Shown here: one piece after another, positions 39,196 through 48,735 of the stretch
Numbering within the stretch: position 1 is the stretch's first letter
Layout: every line of letters begins with the position of its first letter
DNA from: Candidatus Hydrogenedentota bacterium
GTDB lineage: Bacteria; Hydrogenedentota; Hydrogenedentia; Hydrogenedentales; JAEUWI01
NCBI GenBank assembly: GCA_034669905.1
Contig: JAXMOL010000012.1
Span: 64,001-128,000 of the forward strand
Length of the DNA: 64,000 nucleotides
Reading direction: 5' to 3'
The notes under the pieces: model-generated
Told to the model about the DNA's origin: nothing
Databases searched by the model: none
What the model saw: the letters and a program-made list of their open reading frames with translations, nothing else
Translations under genes and position numbers: made by a program

Positions 39196-39493
39196 AATCT
39201 GCCTCCCTTTTTATCGGCACTGCGGTCGTGCCGGTGAAACCAGCAGCCTAGCGATGTGGGTGATGGCAATGCAAGGTGACTGGGAAACCCGGAATCGCCG
39301 CAGGGTATTGTTCTCATGGAGTGGACAGGCTAAATTTGCAAACGCCTGCCCCTTCCAACTATAACGACAGGCTTGATTACGCGCCCACCACGACTTGCTG
39401 CTCCCGCAGCAGGCTTCGTACCCCACCAGGCTGCTTTGGGCGCGTGCTGTAAGTTCCACGAACAACCAATAGTATGAAGAGAAGGGTGCCCTT

Positions 39494-40669
39494 ATGCATT
39501 TACGGAGTTTTCGGCCCGGATTGGCGCTTTGTGCGCTGCTCGGGCTAATGACCATCGTCCCGGACGCGCTGGCCCAGCCCGCGTTTTTCTTTAAGGAGAA
39601 TGACCGGGTCGTTTTCCTTGGCGCGACCATGCTGGAGCGGGAGCAGACCGAGGGGTACCTGGAAACCCTGCTAACCGCCCAGTTCGCCCGGGAAAACCTC
39701 ACCTTTCGTAACCTCGCCTGGAGTGGCGACACCGTGTTTGGTGATTCCCGCGCCGGGTTTGATACGGCCAAAGAAGGCTTCGAGCGGATGGTCAAGCAAG
39801 TTCATGATGCGGAGCCAACGGTTCTGATGTTGAGCTACGGTAACAACGAAGCCTACGAAGGCGAAGCCGGCCTCGAATCTTTCCTGGCAGGGTACAACAA
39901 ATTGCTTGATGCCGTGGCCGACACGGAAGCGCGCCTTATCTTCTGGGGCCTGCCACACCTGGAGAATCTGGGTTACCCCTTGCCGGACTCGACCCGACAG
40001 AATAAGAATGTGGTGCTGTACAACGAAGCCGTCCGGGCCCTGGCCGCCGAGCGCGGGGGCTGGTTTATTGACCTTCAGGCCATGCTCGACACGACCCGTC
40101 ATGTGGCCCCCCTCACGGACAACAATATCCACTTCACGGACTATGGCTACTGGATGTTTGCCCAGGCGACCCTGTTGGGCTTGGGCTACGAAGCGCCGCG
40201 CTTCATGGCCCATGGCCTGCGCCATTTCCGCATCGGGCTCGACACGTATTTCTTTGCGGCCCTGCCCGGGGAAGCACCGGAGCTGGCCCAGGAAGAAGAA
40301 GTGGTTCACCGTATTCGGTATGTATCGGCCATTGACGGCACCTATCAGCTCCGACTGGGAGAACGGGTGCTCGCAGAAGCGACCTCGGAAGCCTGGGCGG
40401 CCGGGGTTTCGGTTCCCGACCTCGAAGAAGTCGCTTCCTGGGAAGCGCTGCGTGCCGCCGTGGTGGAGAAGAATCGCCTCTTCTTCAACAAATGGCGCCC
40501 GCAGAATCACACCTATATCCTGGGTTTTCGGAAACATGAGCAGGGTCAATATGCGGCAGAGATTCCCATGTATGACCCCCTCGTCGAAGCCGAAGAGCAG
40601 AAGATCGCGGAGCTCCGTTCCCCTGAGCTGGCCCGTTACACCATGCACCGCGTCGGCGCGGACCAATAG
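39494..40669 (+). CDS. SGNH/GDSL hydrolase-fold protein
   Basis: DRVVFLGAT, FRNLAWSGDTV, YGNNE, TDNNIHFT; PVC-type partner of the downstream haem protein. Confidence 0.8.
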   Translation: MHLRSFRPGLALCALLGLMTIVPDALAQPAFFFKENDRVVFLGATMLEREQTEGYLETLLTAQFARENLTFRNLAWSGDTVFGDSRAGFDTAKEGFERMVKQVHDAEPTVLMLSYGNNEAYEGEAGLESFLAGYNKLLDAVADTEARLIFWGLPHLENLGYPLPDSTRQNKNVVLYNEAVRALAAERGGWFIDLQAMLDTTRHVAPLTDNNIHFTDYGYWMFAQATLLGLGYEAPRFMAHGLRHFRIGLDTYFFAALPGEAPELAQEEEVVHRIRYVSAIDGTYQLRLGERVLAEATSEAWAAGVSVPDLEEVASWEALRAAVVEKNRLFFNKWRPQNHTYILGFRKHEQGQYAAEIPMYDPLVEAEEQKIAELRSPELARYTMHRVGADQ

Positions 40670-40687
40670 ACCGGGAGTACGAATATC

Positions 40688-43600
40688 ATGACTTTCAACA
40701 CCAAAACGATCCATCTCTTTCCCGGTAACGCCAGGCTCCACCGCACGGCCGCAGCGGCCTCGCTGATGATGAGTGCCCTGATTCCCGGTGCCTTCGCCCA
40801 GAACCAGAGCGAACTCCATGAGATTCCCAAGCCGGATGTGGCCGCGGAACTCGCGGAATTCGAAGTGGCCGAGGGATTTGAAGTAAATCTCTTCGCCGCC
40901 GAGCCCATGGTGGCCAATCCCATCGGTATCAGTTGGGATGCCGACGGCCGTCTCTGGGTCGCAGGCAGTACCCTTTATCCTCACATTGCGCCCGGCCAGC
41001 AACTCGCGGACAGTATTTCCGTGCTGGAAGATGTGGATGGTGACGGCGTGGCGGATACTTCCACGGTGTTTGCCCAGGGCCTTTTTATTCCCACAAGTGT
41101 CCTACCAGGTGACGGTGGTGTCTACGTCTGCAACAGCACCGAAATTCTCCACCTGAGTGACACGGATGGCGATGGAAAAGCGGACAAAACGCGCGTAGTG
41201 CTTTCGGGCTTCGGCACGGAAGATACCCACCAGACCATTCACAGTCTCCGCTGGGGGCCCGATGGCTTCCTCTACTTTAACCAGTCCATCTATATCCACA
41301 GCCATGTGGAAACGCCCTATGGCGTGAAGCGTCTGGGCGGCGGCGGCATCTGGCAGTTTAATCCCCAGACCCTCCAGCTGGAAGTCCTTTCCCGGGGCCA
41401 GGTAAACCCCTGGGGACACCATCAGGATCAGTGGGGCCAATCTTTTTCGACGGATGGGGCCTACCACGAAGGGATTAACTACGTTTTTCCCGGGGCGACT
41501 TTCCTGCACTCGGGGATTACGCCCATCCTGAAGGGTTTTAACCCCGGTAGCCCCAAGCATTGCGGGTTGGAAATCATCAATGGTCGCCACCTGCCGGAAG
41601 ACTGGCGCGGCAACCACATCACCAACGACTTTCGCGGACACCGGGTTTGTCGCTTCGTGGTGAAGGACAGTGGCACGGGCTTCGTTTCGGAAGAGCAGAC
41701 CGAGCTGATTAAGACATTGAATGTCTGGTTCCGTCCGGTGGATGTGAAGATGGGCCCCGATGGCGCTATCTACATTGCGGACTGGTATAACCCCATCATC
41801 CAGCACGGCGAGGTCGATTTCCGCGATCCCCGTCGTGACCACGAGCATGGCCGCATCTGGCGTGTGACCGCGAAGGATCGCCCCCTGGTTCCCCGTCCTC
41901 AGATCTCCAGCGCTTCGACCAAGGGCTTGCTCTCCCTGATGAGCGCAGAAGAAGAGTGGACCCGGATTCAGGCCCGGCAGATGCTGAAGACCAAGCCTCG
42001 TAAGGAGGTCATTGGGGCCCTGACCACCTGGTTGGCCGAATCAACGGCCGAGGGCGTGGCACGGGAAGAGCAGGTGCTGGAAGCGCTCTGGACTTGGAAC
42101 ACCCTCGACATTGTCGAGCCGAACGTGTTGAAAGAAGCCCTGGCTGCGACGGACTTCCGCATTCGTGCGGCGGCTGTCCGGGTCATGAGTTACTGGCTGG
42201 ACCGTCTCGGACCGGCGGCCGAATGGCATGCCCGGGCCCTCGAGCTGGCCCAGGATGAACACAGCCGGGTTCGTCTGGAAGCCGTTCGCTTGCTGACCAA
42301 AGTGCCGGGTAGCGATGCGGTGCTGGCGGCCATGGGTACCTATGGTGCCGAGCGGGACGAGTTCCTCGACTACGCGCTGCTGTTGACCCTGCGGGAACGC
42401 AAGGCCGATTGGCTGCCCGAAGTGCGGAAAGACAATGCGGCGTTTACGGAAAATTCCGACCGTCTGCTTTTCGCCCTGGACGCCGTGGCCGATGGGGAAG
42501 TGGTTCCGCCGCTCGTCCATGGATTGGCCCAGAAGCGTTTCACCGATACCCAGGCAGTGAAGGCCATTGAGCTGATTTCTGCCCATGGTAATCCCGGTCA
42601 GGTTGGGACCGTATTGGAGCAATTGTGTACCCGCTTTGAGAGTGGCGACGAGTCCGCCGTGCCCTTGTGGCAGGCCCTCCTCGGCGGCACACGCAAACGT
42701 AATATGCAACCGGGTAGCGGACTGGACCGCGTCGTGACACTGGCTTCGGAAAAGTCGGGCACGATTCAGCATCAGGCCCTGGAAGCCGTCGCCGCGTGGC
42801 GTATCGAAGCGATTCGTCCCACCCTGACGGCCTTCCTGAAGAATGGTGATTCGACGCCCCACATTCGCAATCTCAGTATTGAGGCCCTGCGTAATCTTGG
42901 CGGCGAAGCGAGTAAGAACCTCTTGATTGAGCTCACGAAGAGTCATCCCGACCGGAGCACCCGGGCGCGCGCGGCGACGGCCCTGGTGGCCATGGCCCCG
43001 GCAGACGCTGCTGAGGCCGCCGTTCCGCTGCTTCAGAGCAGTGAGAGCGAAGGCGAGGTGAAAGGCCTTCTGGATGCCTTCGTACGTCAGGAAGCCTCCC
43101 TGGCCGCGTTGGCGAAAGGGCTGGAAGGGCAGACGCTGACCCGCGAAGTGGCGAAACAGGCCGAGCGGGTGCTGACCAGTTCGGGCCGTAAGGTCGACGT
43201 GGCCCTCGATGCCGTGCGGACCGCCGGCGGACTGCTCGACCAGGGCGCCCTTTGGAATGCGGAGAGCATCGCCGCGCTCGTGACGGCGGCAAAGACGACG
43301 GGTGACGCCGCACGAGGCGAACAGCACTATCGCACCCTGGCCTGCGTCCAGTGTCATGCCATCGGCGGTGCGGGTGGTATCCTGGGCCCCGATCTGTCGA
43401 GCATCGGCGGTAGTGCCCAGGTGGACTATCTCGTGGAGTCCCTCCTGTTCCCCAATAAAATGATCAAGGAAGGCTATCACTCCATCGTGGTGGAAACGGC
43501 CGACCTCGAGACCTACAGTGGCATCAAGGTCGAAGAGAATGACACCACCATGTTGCTTCGTGATGTGAATGGCGAACATACCATTTTCCTCGACCAGATT

Positions 43601-44176
43601 GAGAAGACGGAAGATGGGCAGTCCCTCATGCCGGGGGGACTGGTCGACGGCTTGCTCGACAATGAGATTGCCGACATGGTCGCCTTCCTCTCCAGTCTCG
43701 GGCGCGTGCCTGAATGGTCGGTGGGCACCGAAAAGGTCGTCCGCAGTTGGGAAGTGCTTCAGAGTAATCCCACCATCATGCAGCGTCTCTTCCAATCCGG
43801 TCCGGAATTGGTCGCGGTGGATCATGAAGAGCTGACCTGGGGCCCGGCCTACACGACGGTCGGCGGTACCCTGTCTATCACGGACTTCCCGAAGGTGCAG
43901 CATCGCTACTGGATGAACCAGGGGTACAGCGCGGCCCGCTTCCGGGTGAATGCCACCGAGGCGGGGTCGGTGATCCTGGTTACGGAAGGACTCGCGGGCA
44001 CCGACGGTTGGGTGAACGGGGAGAAGATTACCATCACCGAGCGTACAACGGTTGCGCTCCCGGCCGGTGACTCGACGGTGGTTTTCCTTATTGATCATGC
44101 ATCGGCACCCACCACGGTGCGGGTGATGTTGGAAGATGACCCGGCGTCGTCGGCGACGGTACGCCCCCTACTGTAA
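40688..44176 (+). CDS. PVC-type haem-binding CxxCH protein (beta-propeller dehydrogenase domain, HEAT repeats, cytochrome c)
   Basis: GFEVNLFAAEPMVANP, WGPDG, GPDGAIYIADWYNPIIQHGEVDFRD, CVQCH...GPDLS...SLMPGGL. Confidence 0.92.
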   Translation: MTFNTKTIHLFPGNARLHRTAAAASLMMSALIPGAFAQNQSELHEIPKPDVAAELAEFEVAEGFEVNLFAAEPMVANPIGISWDADGRLWVAGSTLYPHIAPGQQLADSISVLEDVDGDGVADTSTVFAQGLFIPTSVLPGDGGVYVCNSTEILHLSDTDGDGKADKTRVVLSGFGTEDTHQTIHSLRWGPDGFLYFNQSIYIHSHVETPYGVKRLGGGGIWQFNPQTLQLEVLSRGQVNPWGHHQDQWGQSFSTDGAYHEGINYVFPGATFLHSGITPILKGFNPGSPKHCGLEIINGRHLPEDWRGNHITNDFRGHRVCRFVVKDSGTGFVSEEQTELIKTLNVWFRPVDVKMGPDGAIYIADWYNPIIQHGEVDFRDPRRDHEHGRIWRVTAKDRPLVPRPQISSASTKGLLSLMSAEEEWTRIQARQMLKTKPRKEVIGALTTWLAESTAEGVAREEQVLEALWTWNTLDIVEPNVLKEALAATDFRIRAAAVRVMSYWLDRLGPAAEWHARALELAQDEHSRVRLEAVRLLTKVPGSDAVLAAMGTYGAERDEFLDYALLLTLRERKADWLPEVRKDNAAFTENSDRLLFALDAVADGEVVPPLVHGLAQKRFTDTQAVKAIELISAHGNPGQVGTVLEQLCTRFESGDESAVPLWQALLGGTRKRNMQPGSGLDRVVTLASEKSGTIQHQALEAVAAWRIEAIRPTLTAFLKNGDSTPHIRNLSIEALRNLGGEASKNLLIELTKSHPDRSTRARAATALVAMAPADAAEAAVPLLQSSESEGEVKGLLDAFVRQEASLAALAKGLEGQTLTREVAKQAERVLTSSGRKVDVALDAVRTAGGLLDQGALWNAESIAALVTAAKTTGDAARGEQHYRTLACVQCHAIGGAGGILGPDLSSIGGSAQVDYLVESLLFPNKMIKEGYHSIVVETADLETYSGIKVEENDTTMLLRDVNGEHTIFLDQIEKTEDGQSLMPGGLVDGLLDNEIADMVAFLSSLGRVPEWSVGTEKVVRSWEVLQSNPTIMQRLFQSGPELVAVDHEELTWGPAYTTVGGTLSITDFPKVQHRYWMNQGYSAARFRVNATEAGSVILVTEGLAGTDGWVNGEKITITERTTVALPAGDSTVVFLIDHASAPTTVRVMLEDDPASSATVRPLL

Positions 44177-44203
44177 GCGGGTAATTTGCTCAGGCTCCCT
44201 TGT

Positions 44204-44246
44204 GGCCCTGAACCTTCCTTCGTGGATGGTTCAGGGTCTTTTTTTT
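44204..44246 (+). terminator. Intrinsic terminator
   Basis: GGCCCTGAACC...GGTTCAGGGTC followed by T8. Confidence 0.85.
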
Positions 44247-44332
44247 GGGGGAGGTGGGGGTTGACAGAATGGGCTACTTACCGTAAGGTAATCGAAGGGG
44301 TTCTCCAGGTTACAGCTACCAGGAATTTCGTC

Positions 44333-45655
44333 ATGTACATCATCATGGCCATACCGGTTTTCTTCATACTTATCGGGGTGGAGTTGCTGCTCAGTAAGAT
44401 TCAGGGCAAAAAACTGTACCGGCTGAATGATTCCATCAATGACCTGAGCATGGGGATGCTCTCCATGGTAGGCGGGCCCTTTTTTAAGACCATCGTCTTC
44501 GCCGGCTACCTCTATATTTATCAGCATTGGCGCCTCCTGGACATGGGAGCCACTTCCCTGTATGGCGTGACCGGATTTTCTGTCTGGGTCTGGGTCTCCT
44601 GTTTTCTCATGAAGGACCTTATGTATTACTGGGCCCACAGGATGAGCCACCAGATGAATATCGGCTGGGCGGCCCATATCGCCCACCACCAGAGCGAAGA
44701 ATACAATCTTGCCGTCGCGCTGCGGCAAAGCGCCTTCCAGGGACTTTTCTTCTGGGTCTTCTACCTGCCCCTGGCCCTCATCGGTTTCCCGCCGGGGGTA
44801 TATTTCGTCTGCTCGCAATTGAACACCCTCTATCAATTCTGGATTCATACACGGACCATCGGCAAACTCGGGCCCCTGGAGTGGGTCTTAAATACCCCAT
44901 CCCACCATCGGGTACACCACGGGCGGGATCCAAAGTACATTGACAAGAATCACGCGGGCACCTTTATTATCTGGGACCGGATGTTTGGTACCTTCCAGGA
45001 AGAAGAGGAAGAACCCACCTACGGAATCGTGACGCCCCTGAAAAGCTGGAATCCGGTCTGGGGTCAAATTCACTACTTCGTCAAGCTCGTGAAGACGAGT
45101 ATCGCGGCACCCCGGTGGTCCGACAAGATACTGCTGTGGCTGAAAGAGCCTGCCTGGGAGCCCCGGGGACTGGAGGCGCCGGAAGGGCAGGTGCCCGAGA
45201 GCCGTCGGCCGGGCTATAAGAATTACGACACCCGAATCCCAGCGGGTCTGGCGGTCTACGCCTTGCTGCATTTTGTCGTGGCACTTTGGATGGTGACAGG
45301 GTGGCTGAGCGTGAAGGGGGCCATGCCCTGGGGCCAGTTTGCCGGGTCGGCGGCCTTCTTCGCCTTTCACCTGGCGTGCATTGGCGGACTCTTTGAACTG
45401 AAGCGCTGGGCCTTCCCCGCCGAGGCGTTCCGACTTCTGGCCATGCTGGCCATTTTCTTCCACGATGGGTGGGCCTTTTTCGGCTTCACGCCCCTGACGG
45501 GACTCCCCCTCAAGATTGCCATCACGTGGGCGACCATCGCCTCGCTGGCATGGCTCTTCCGGTACCGGCGGCAGTTTGGCGTGCCGCAGGTGCCCTTGCC
45601 ACGGGAAGAGGGGGTGTTGGCGACGAAAGTGCAGGAACCGGCCGAACCCCAATAG
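44333..45655 (+). CDS. Alkylglycerol monooxygenase-like fatty acid hydroxylase/sterol desaturase family protein
   Basis: His boxes YYWAHRMSH, HIAHHQSEEYNL, YQFWIHT, NTPSHHRVHHG..., IIWDRMFGTF, plus an extended C-terminal TM region. Confidence 0.85.
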   Translation: MYIIMAIPVFFILIGVELLLSKIQGKKLYRLNDSINDLSMGMLSMVGGPFFKTIVFAGYLYIYQHWRLLDMGATSLYGVTGFSVWVWVSCFLMKDLMYYWAHRMSHQMNIGWAAHIAHHQSEEYNLAVALRQSAFQGLFFWVFYLPLALIGFPPGVYFVCSQLNTLYQFWIHTRTIGKLGPLEWVLNTPSHHRVHHGRDPKYIDKNHAGTFIIWDRMFGTFQEEEEEPTYGIVTPLKSWNPVWGQIHYFVKLVKTSIAAPRWSDKILLWLKEPAWEPRGLEAPEGQVPESRRPGYKNYDTRIPAGLAVYALLHFVVALWMVTGWLSVKGAMPWGQFAGSAAFFAFHLACIGGLFELKRWAFPAEAFRLLAMLAIFFHDGWAFFGFTPLTGLPLKIAITWATIASLAWLFRYRRQFGVPQVPLPREEGVLATKVQEPAEPQ

Positions 45656-45767
45656 CACTGGTTCGTGGATCGATTTGGTCAGATGATCTGCTAGTCAGTT
45701 TGGTGCAGTTCATTCGATCGCAGAAATAAGCATAGCCTGTACCATTGGGTGTAGTGGCAGAAAGTAA

Positions 45768-46155
45768 GGTTCATGGGTAATAAGTGGGGCGGATTTATGT
45801 GAATATCCAAGTGCCGGAGCTAAGAGCTTGTTGCAATGGTTTTGGTGAAACATATCGCCACGCATTTTTTTGCAGATAGAACCACAAGCCCTGGACGTGC
45901 CGCGCGATCGGGTACTCCAGTTCGTGCGCAGGGGCGGTGGGACGTCATTGGGGGCGGTGTCGTTGTGGGAAGTCGTCAAGATGTCATGGAGAAAATAGCG
46001 CACTGCCCTTGGCCCGGGACCGCCATCGAGTGACCTAATGGTATCTCCCGACCCGCGCACGAACCGGGAATACCGGATCGCGCGGCACGATTGTTGGGTT
46101 TAGTTCGTTTGTGCGGTGGGCGTTTTTGTTGGTACCCACTAATTGCCCATGAACC
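45768..46155. mobile_element. MITE copy 2 (388 bp), ~20-bp TIR GGTTCATGGG...CCCATGAACC, 8-bp TSD GAAAGTAA/GGAAGTAA
   Basis: Aligns end to end with 10942-11316; TSD at 45760-45767 and 46156-46163 with one mismatch. Confidence 0.88.
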
Positions 46156-46223
46156 GGAAGTAATGGGGCGGGCTTTCAGCCCTTACTATAGAATACGTTT
46201 GATTTCCTGGGGCGTTGCCCCAG

Positions 46224-46763
46224 GCTGGAATGTCTCGCGCCTTTGGCGCTTTAAACATAGACCCCGATGCGTTGCGGATTTCTTGTGAAGGGCCAACGGC
46301 CCGGTAACATATCAGCATGGGGCAACGCCCCATGTTCGGGACCAAAATCTTCCTTAAGGGCTGAAAGTCCGCCCCATTGCATTCTGAAACGAAAAATCCC
46401 CCCTAAATCCCCATCCCGCCCGTAACTTCGAGGGTGTGTCCATTGATGTAGCCTGCGAAGGGGGAAGCGAGCAGCAGTATGCCTCCAGCCGCTGGTATGT
46501 CTCGCGCCTTTGGCGCTTTAAACAACATAGACCCCGTTGCGTTGCGGATTTCTTGTGAAGGGCCAACGGCCCGGTAACATATCAGCATGGGGCAACGCCC
46601 CATGTTCGGGACCAGAATCTTCCTTAAGGGCTGAAAGTCCGCCCCATTGCATTCTGCAACGACAAATCCCCCCTAAATCCCCATCCCGCCCGTAACTTCG
46701 AGGGTGTGTCCATTGATGTAGCCTGCGAAGGGGGAAGCGAGCAGCAGTATGCCTCCAGCCGCT
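46224..46763. repeat. ~270-bp tandem duplication containing REP-like hairpins and the last 91 bp of the SDR gene
   Basis: 46224-46493 matches 46491-46763; GCT microhomology at the junction; a few substitutions and a 3-bp indel in the non-coding part. Confidence 0.9.
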
Positions 46764-47503
46764 TCTTCCACCGTGCCGGTGCGGCCGAGGGGGATCATCA
46801 TCTTAACCATGTCATGCATGTGGCCGGGAACGCCCAGGGGGATTTCTTCGCCCTCTACGGCAATGGTCTCGCCGCTCTCTTTCGCCTGGGTCAGTCGGGT
46901 TTCGATATAGCCGAAGGCCACCGCGTTGCAGCGGATGCCGAAAGCGCCCCACTCTTTGGCCACGGTCTTCGTAAAGCCCACCATGCCCATCTTGGCCGTG
47001 GCGTAGTTCAACTGCCCGATGTTGCCATGGAGCCCGGAGGTGGAGGACACGTTGATGATGCAGCGGGGGGAGCGGGGTTTTCCGGCCGCCTGCTCTTCCC
47101 GCGCGCCATCCCGCATGTAGGGTGCGGCGGCACGGACGAGGCGGAAGGGGGCCGTAGTGTGCACCGCCAGCATGGCCTCCCACTGCTTGTCACTCATCTT
47201 GTGCAGCATGCCGTCCCAGGTGTAGCCGGCATTATTTACAAGGATATTGATGGTGCCAAAGGCGCGGTGGGCCTCTTCGAAAAGTTGATTGGGGAAGTCG
47301 GGGTCCGTAACATCGCCCGGAACCCCGATGGCACGGCCACCTGCTTTTTCAATGGCGGCCACGACTTCTTCCGTCGGACCACTGTCTCGGTCGCTTACGA
47401 CCACACGGGCACCATGGGCCGCAAAAAGCGTGGCGGCGGCGGCCCCGATGCCTCGTCCGGCACCGGTAATAATGGCCACTTGATCTTGAAGGAGGGAAGT
47501 CAT
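46673..47503 (-). CDS. Short-chain dehydrogenase/reductase (FabG-like)
   Basis: TGAGRGIG, NNAG, NVSS, YATAK, CNAVAFG. Confidence 0.93.
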   Translation of the reverse strand: MTSLLQDQVAIITGAGRGIGAAAATLFAAHGARVVVSDRDSGPTEEVVAAIEKAGGRAIGVPGDVTDPDFPNQLFEEAHRAFGTINILVNNAGYTWDGMLHKMSDKQWEAMLAVHTTAPFRLVRAAAPYMRDGAREEQAAGKPRSPRCIINVSSTSGLHGNIGQLNYATAKMGMVGFTKTVAKEWGAFGIRCNAVAFGYIETRLTQAKESGETIAVEGEEIPLGVPGHMHDMVKMMIPLGRTGTVEEAAGGILLLASPFAGYINGHTLEVTGGMGI

Positions 47504-47687
47504 GGTGATACCTTTCGAAACGAGGAGGGGTTAATCGATGTCCAATAACGAACGGGTATTATTTCACGGTTCCGGTCTCAGATAAAAGCGCCCCTATGGG
47601 GTGCAGCACGGTGGGCTTCAATCGCAGGTGCCGGGTCGTGGTGTCGCGGGGTAGGGCTTTCCCAAACGAGTGAAACGAGGTGTTCAG

Positions 47688-48590
47688 GTGAAGACGATTT
47701 TGGTACGGGGCATTGTGGCCTTTGGAGTGTTGGCTGGTTGTATGGGCGTAATGGCGGCAGGGGCGTCGTCTTCGGCGCAGGCCGCGCCCGGAACCGACCC
47801 CTTTTCGAAGCCCATGCTGATGGGTGTCCATCGGGGCGGTGCGGCGGAGTGGCCGGAGAATACCGTGGTGGCCTTTCGGGAAGTGGCCAAAGCCTATCCC
47901 GAGGTGTTGCTGGAGGGTGACCTTCAGTTGACGAAAGATGGCGTGGTGGTGTTACTCCACGACAAGACGGTGGACCGGACTACCAACGGCACGGGCGCGG
48001 TGAAAGCGCTGACCCTGGCGGAATTGAAGACCCTGGACGCGGGGTACCATTTCACCACCGACGGGGGCGCGACGTACCCCTGGCGGGGAAAGGGGGTTAC
48101 GATTCCGACGCTTGAGGAAGTATTGGAAGTCATGCCGACGCACCGGGCGCTCTTTGAGCTGAAAGATGGCGAAGGCCTGGCCGCGGCGGTGGCGCCCATT
48201 ATACGCGCTCACAAGGCAACCGAGCGTATCATTATTGCGTCTTTTCAGGAGTCCCTGATGGAGGCTATGCGTGCCGAGATGCCGGAGATCGCCACCTGTT
48301 TTGCCCGGGGGGGAGCGTTGAAACTTTTTATGGCCCTCCGCGTGGGGGGCTGGGATGCCTACGTACCCACCGACCGCATGTTGTCGCTGACGCGAGGTCA
48401 CTTCACACAGTTTTCCATTACGGCGGAAGAGGTCGGGCGAATCCAGGAAAAAGGCATTCTGGTTCAGGCACATACTCCCAATACGGCCGATGAAATTGAT
48501 CACTACATCGATATGGGGGTCGACAGTATCTTGAGTGACCGCCCTTCCCTGTTGGCCGCGCGCATCGCGGCAAAGAAAGCTGTTGAATGA
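47688..48590 (+). CDS. Glycerophosphodiester phosphodiesterase
   Basis: HRGG...PENT, EGDLQLTKDG...HD..VDRTTNG, IPTLEEVL, GVDSILSDRP; signal peptide. Confidence 0.93.
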   Translation: MKTILVRGIVAFGVLAGCMGVMAAGASSSAQAAPGTDPFSKPMLMGVHRGGAAEWPENTVVAFREVAKAYPEVLLEGDLQLTKDGVVVLLHDKTVDRTTNGTGAVKALTLAELKTLDAGYHFTTDGGATYPWRGKGVTIPTLEEVLEVMPTHRALFELKDGEGLAAAVAPIIRAHKATERIIIASFQESLMEAMRAEMPEIATCFARGGALKLFMALRVGGWDAYVPTDRMLSLTRGHFTQFSITAEEVGRIQEKGILVQAHTPNTADEIDHYIDMGVDSILSDRPSLLAARIAAKKAVE

Positions 48591-48665
48591 ACGGGCTTGC
48601 TAAACAGCCCTGAAGGCCCTCGGTCGGCCCTGTAGCATTCCCACTATTTGGCCGGTGCATCGAAC

Positions 48666-48701
48666 AAAATCGCCCCCGGAAGCCAAGGCTACCGGGGGCG
48701 A
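48666..48701 (-). terminator. Terminator hairpin downstream of the DUF1559 gene
   Basis: CGCCCCCGG...CCGGGGGCG with an adjacent A-tract on the plus strand. Confidence 0.6.
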
Positions 48702-48735
48702 ATGCGCTATCGGGTAAGGGGCTGCATGCGTCGAA

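Noticed and set aside
39303..39320. Fur-box-like TATTGTTCTCAT upstream of the Fe ABC genes
   Set aside because: Only a weak half-site with no convincing palindrome.
42041..44098. 685-aa minus-strand ORF, and similar long ORFs at 3217..4530, 6224..7741, 28542..30035, 39671..41002, 54378..55940, 55724..57241 and 62750..63769
   Set aside because: These are antisense shadows of well-supported genes, common at high GC, with no recognisable motifs.
46403..46493. att-site of an integrative element at the SDR 3' end
   Set aside because: There is no integrase or cargo; the duplication extends into downstream REP DNA and is simply tandem.
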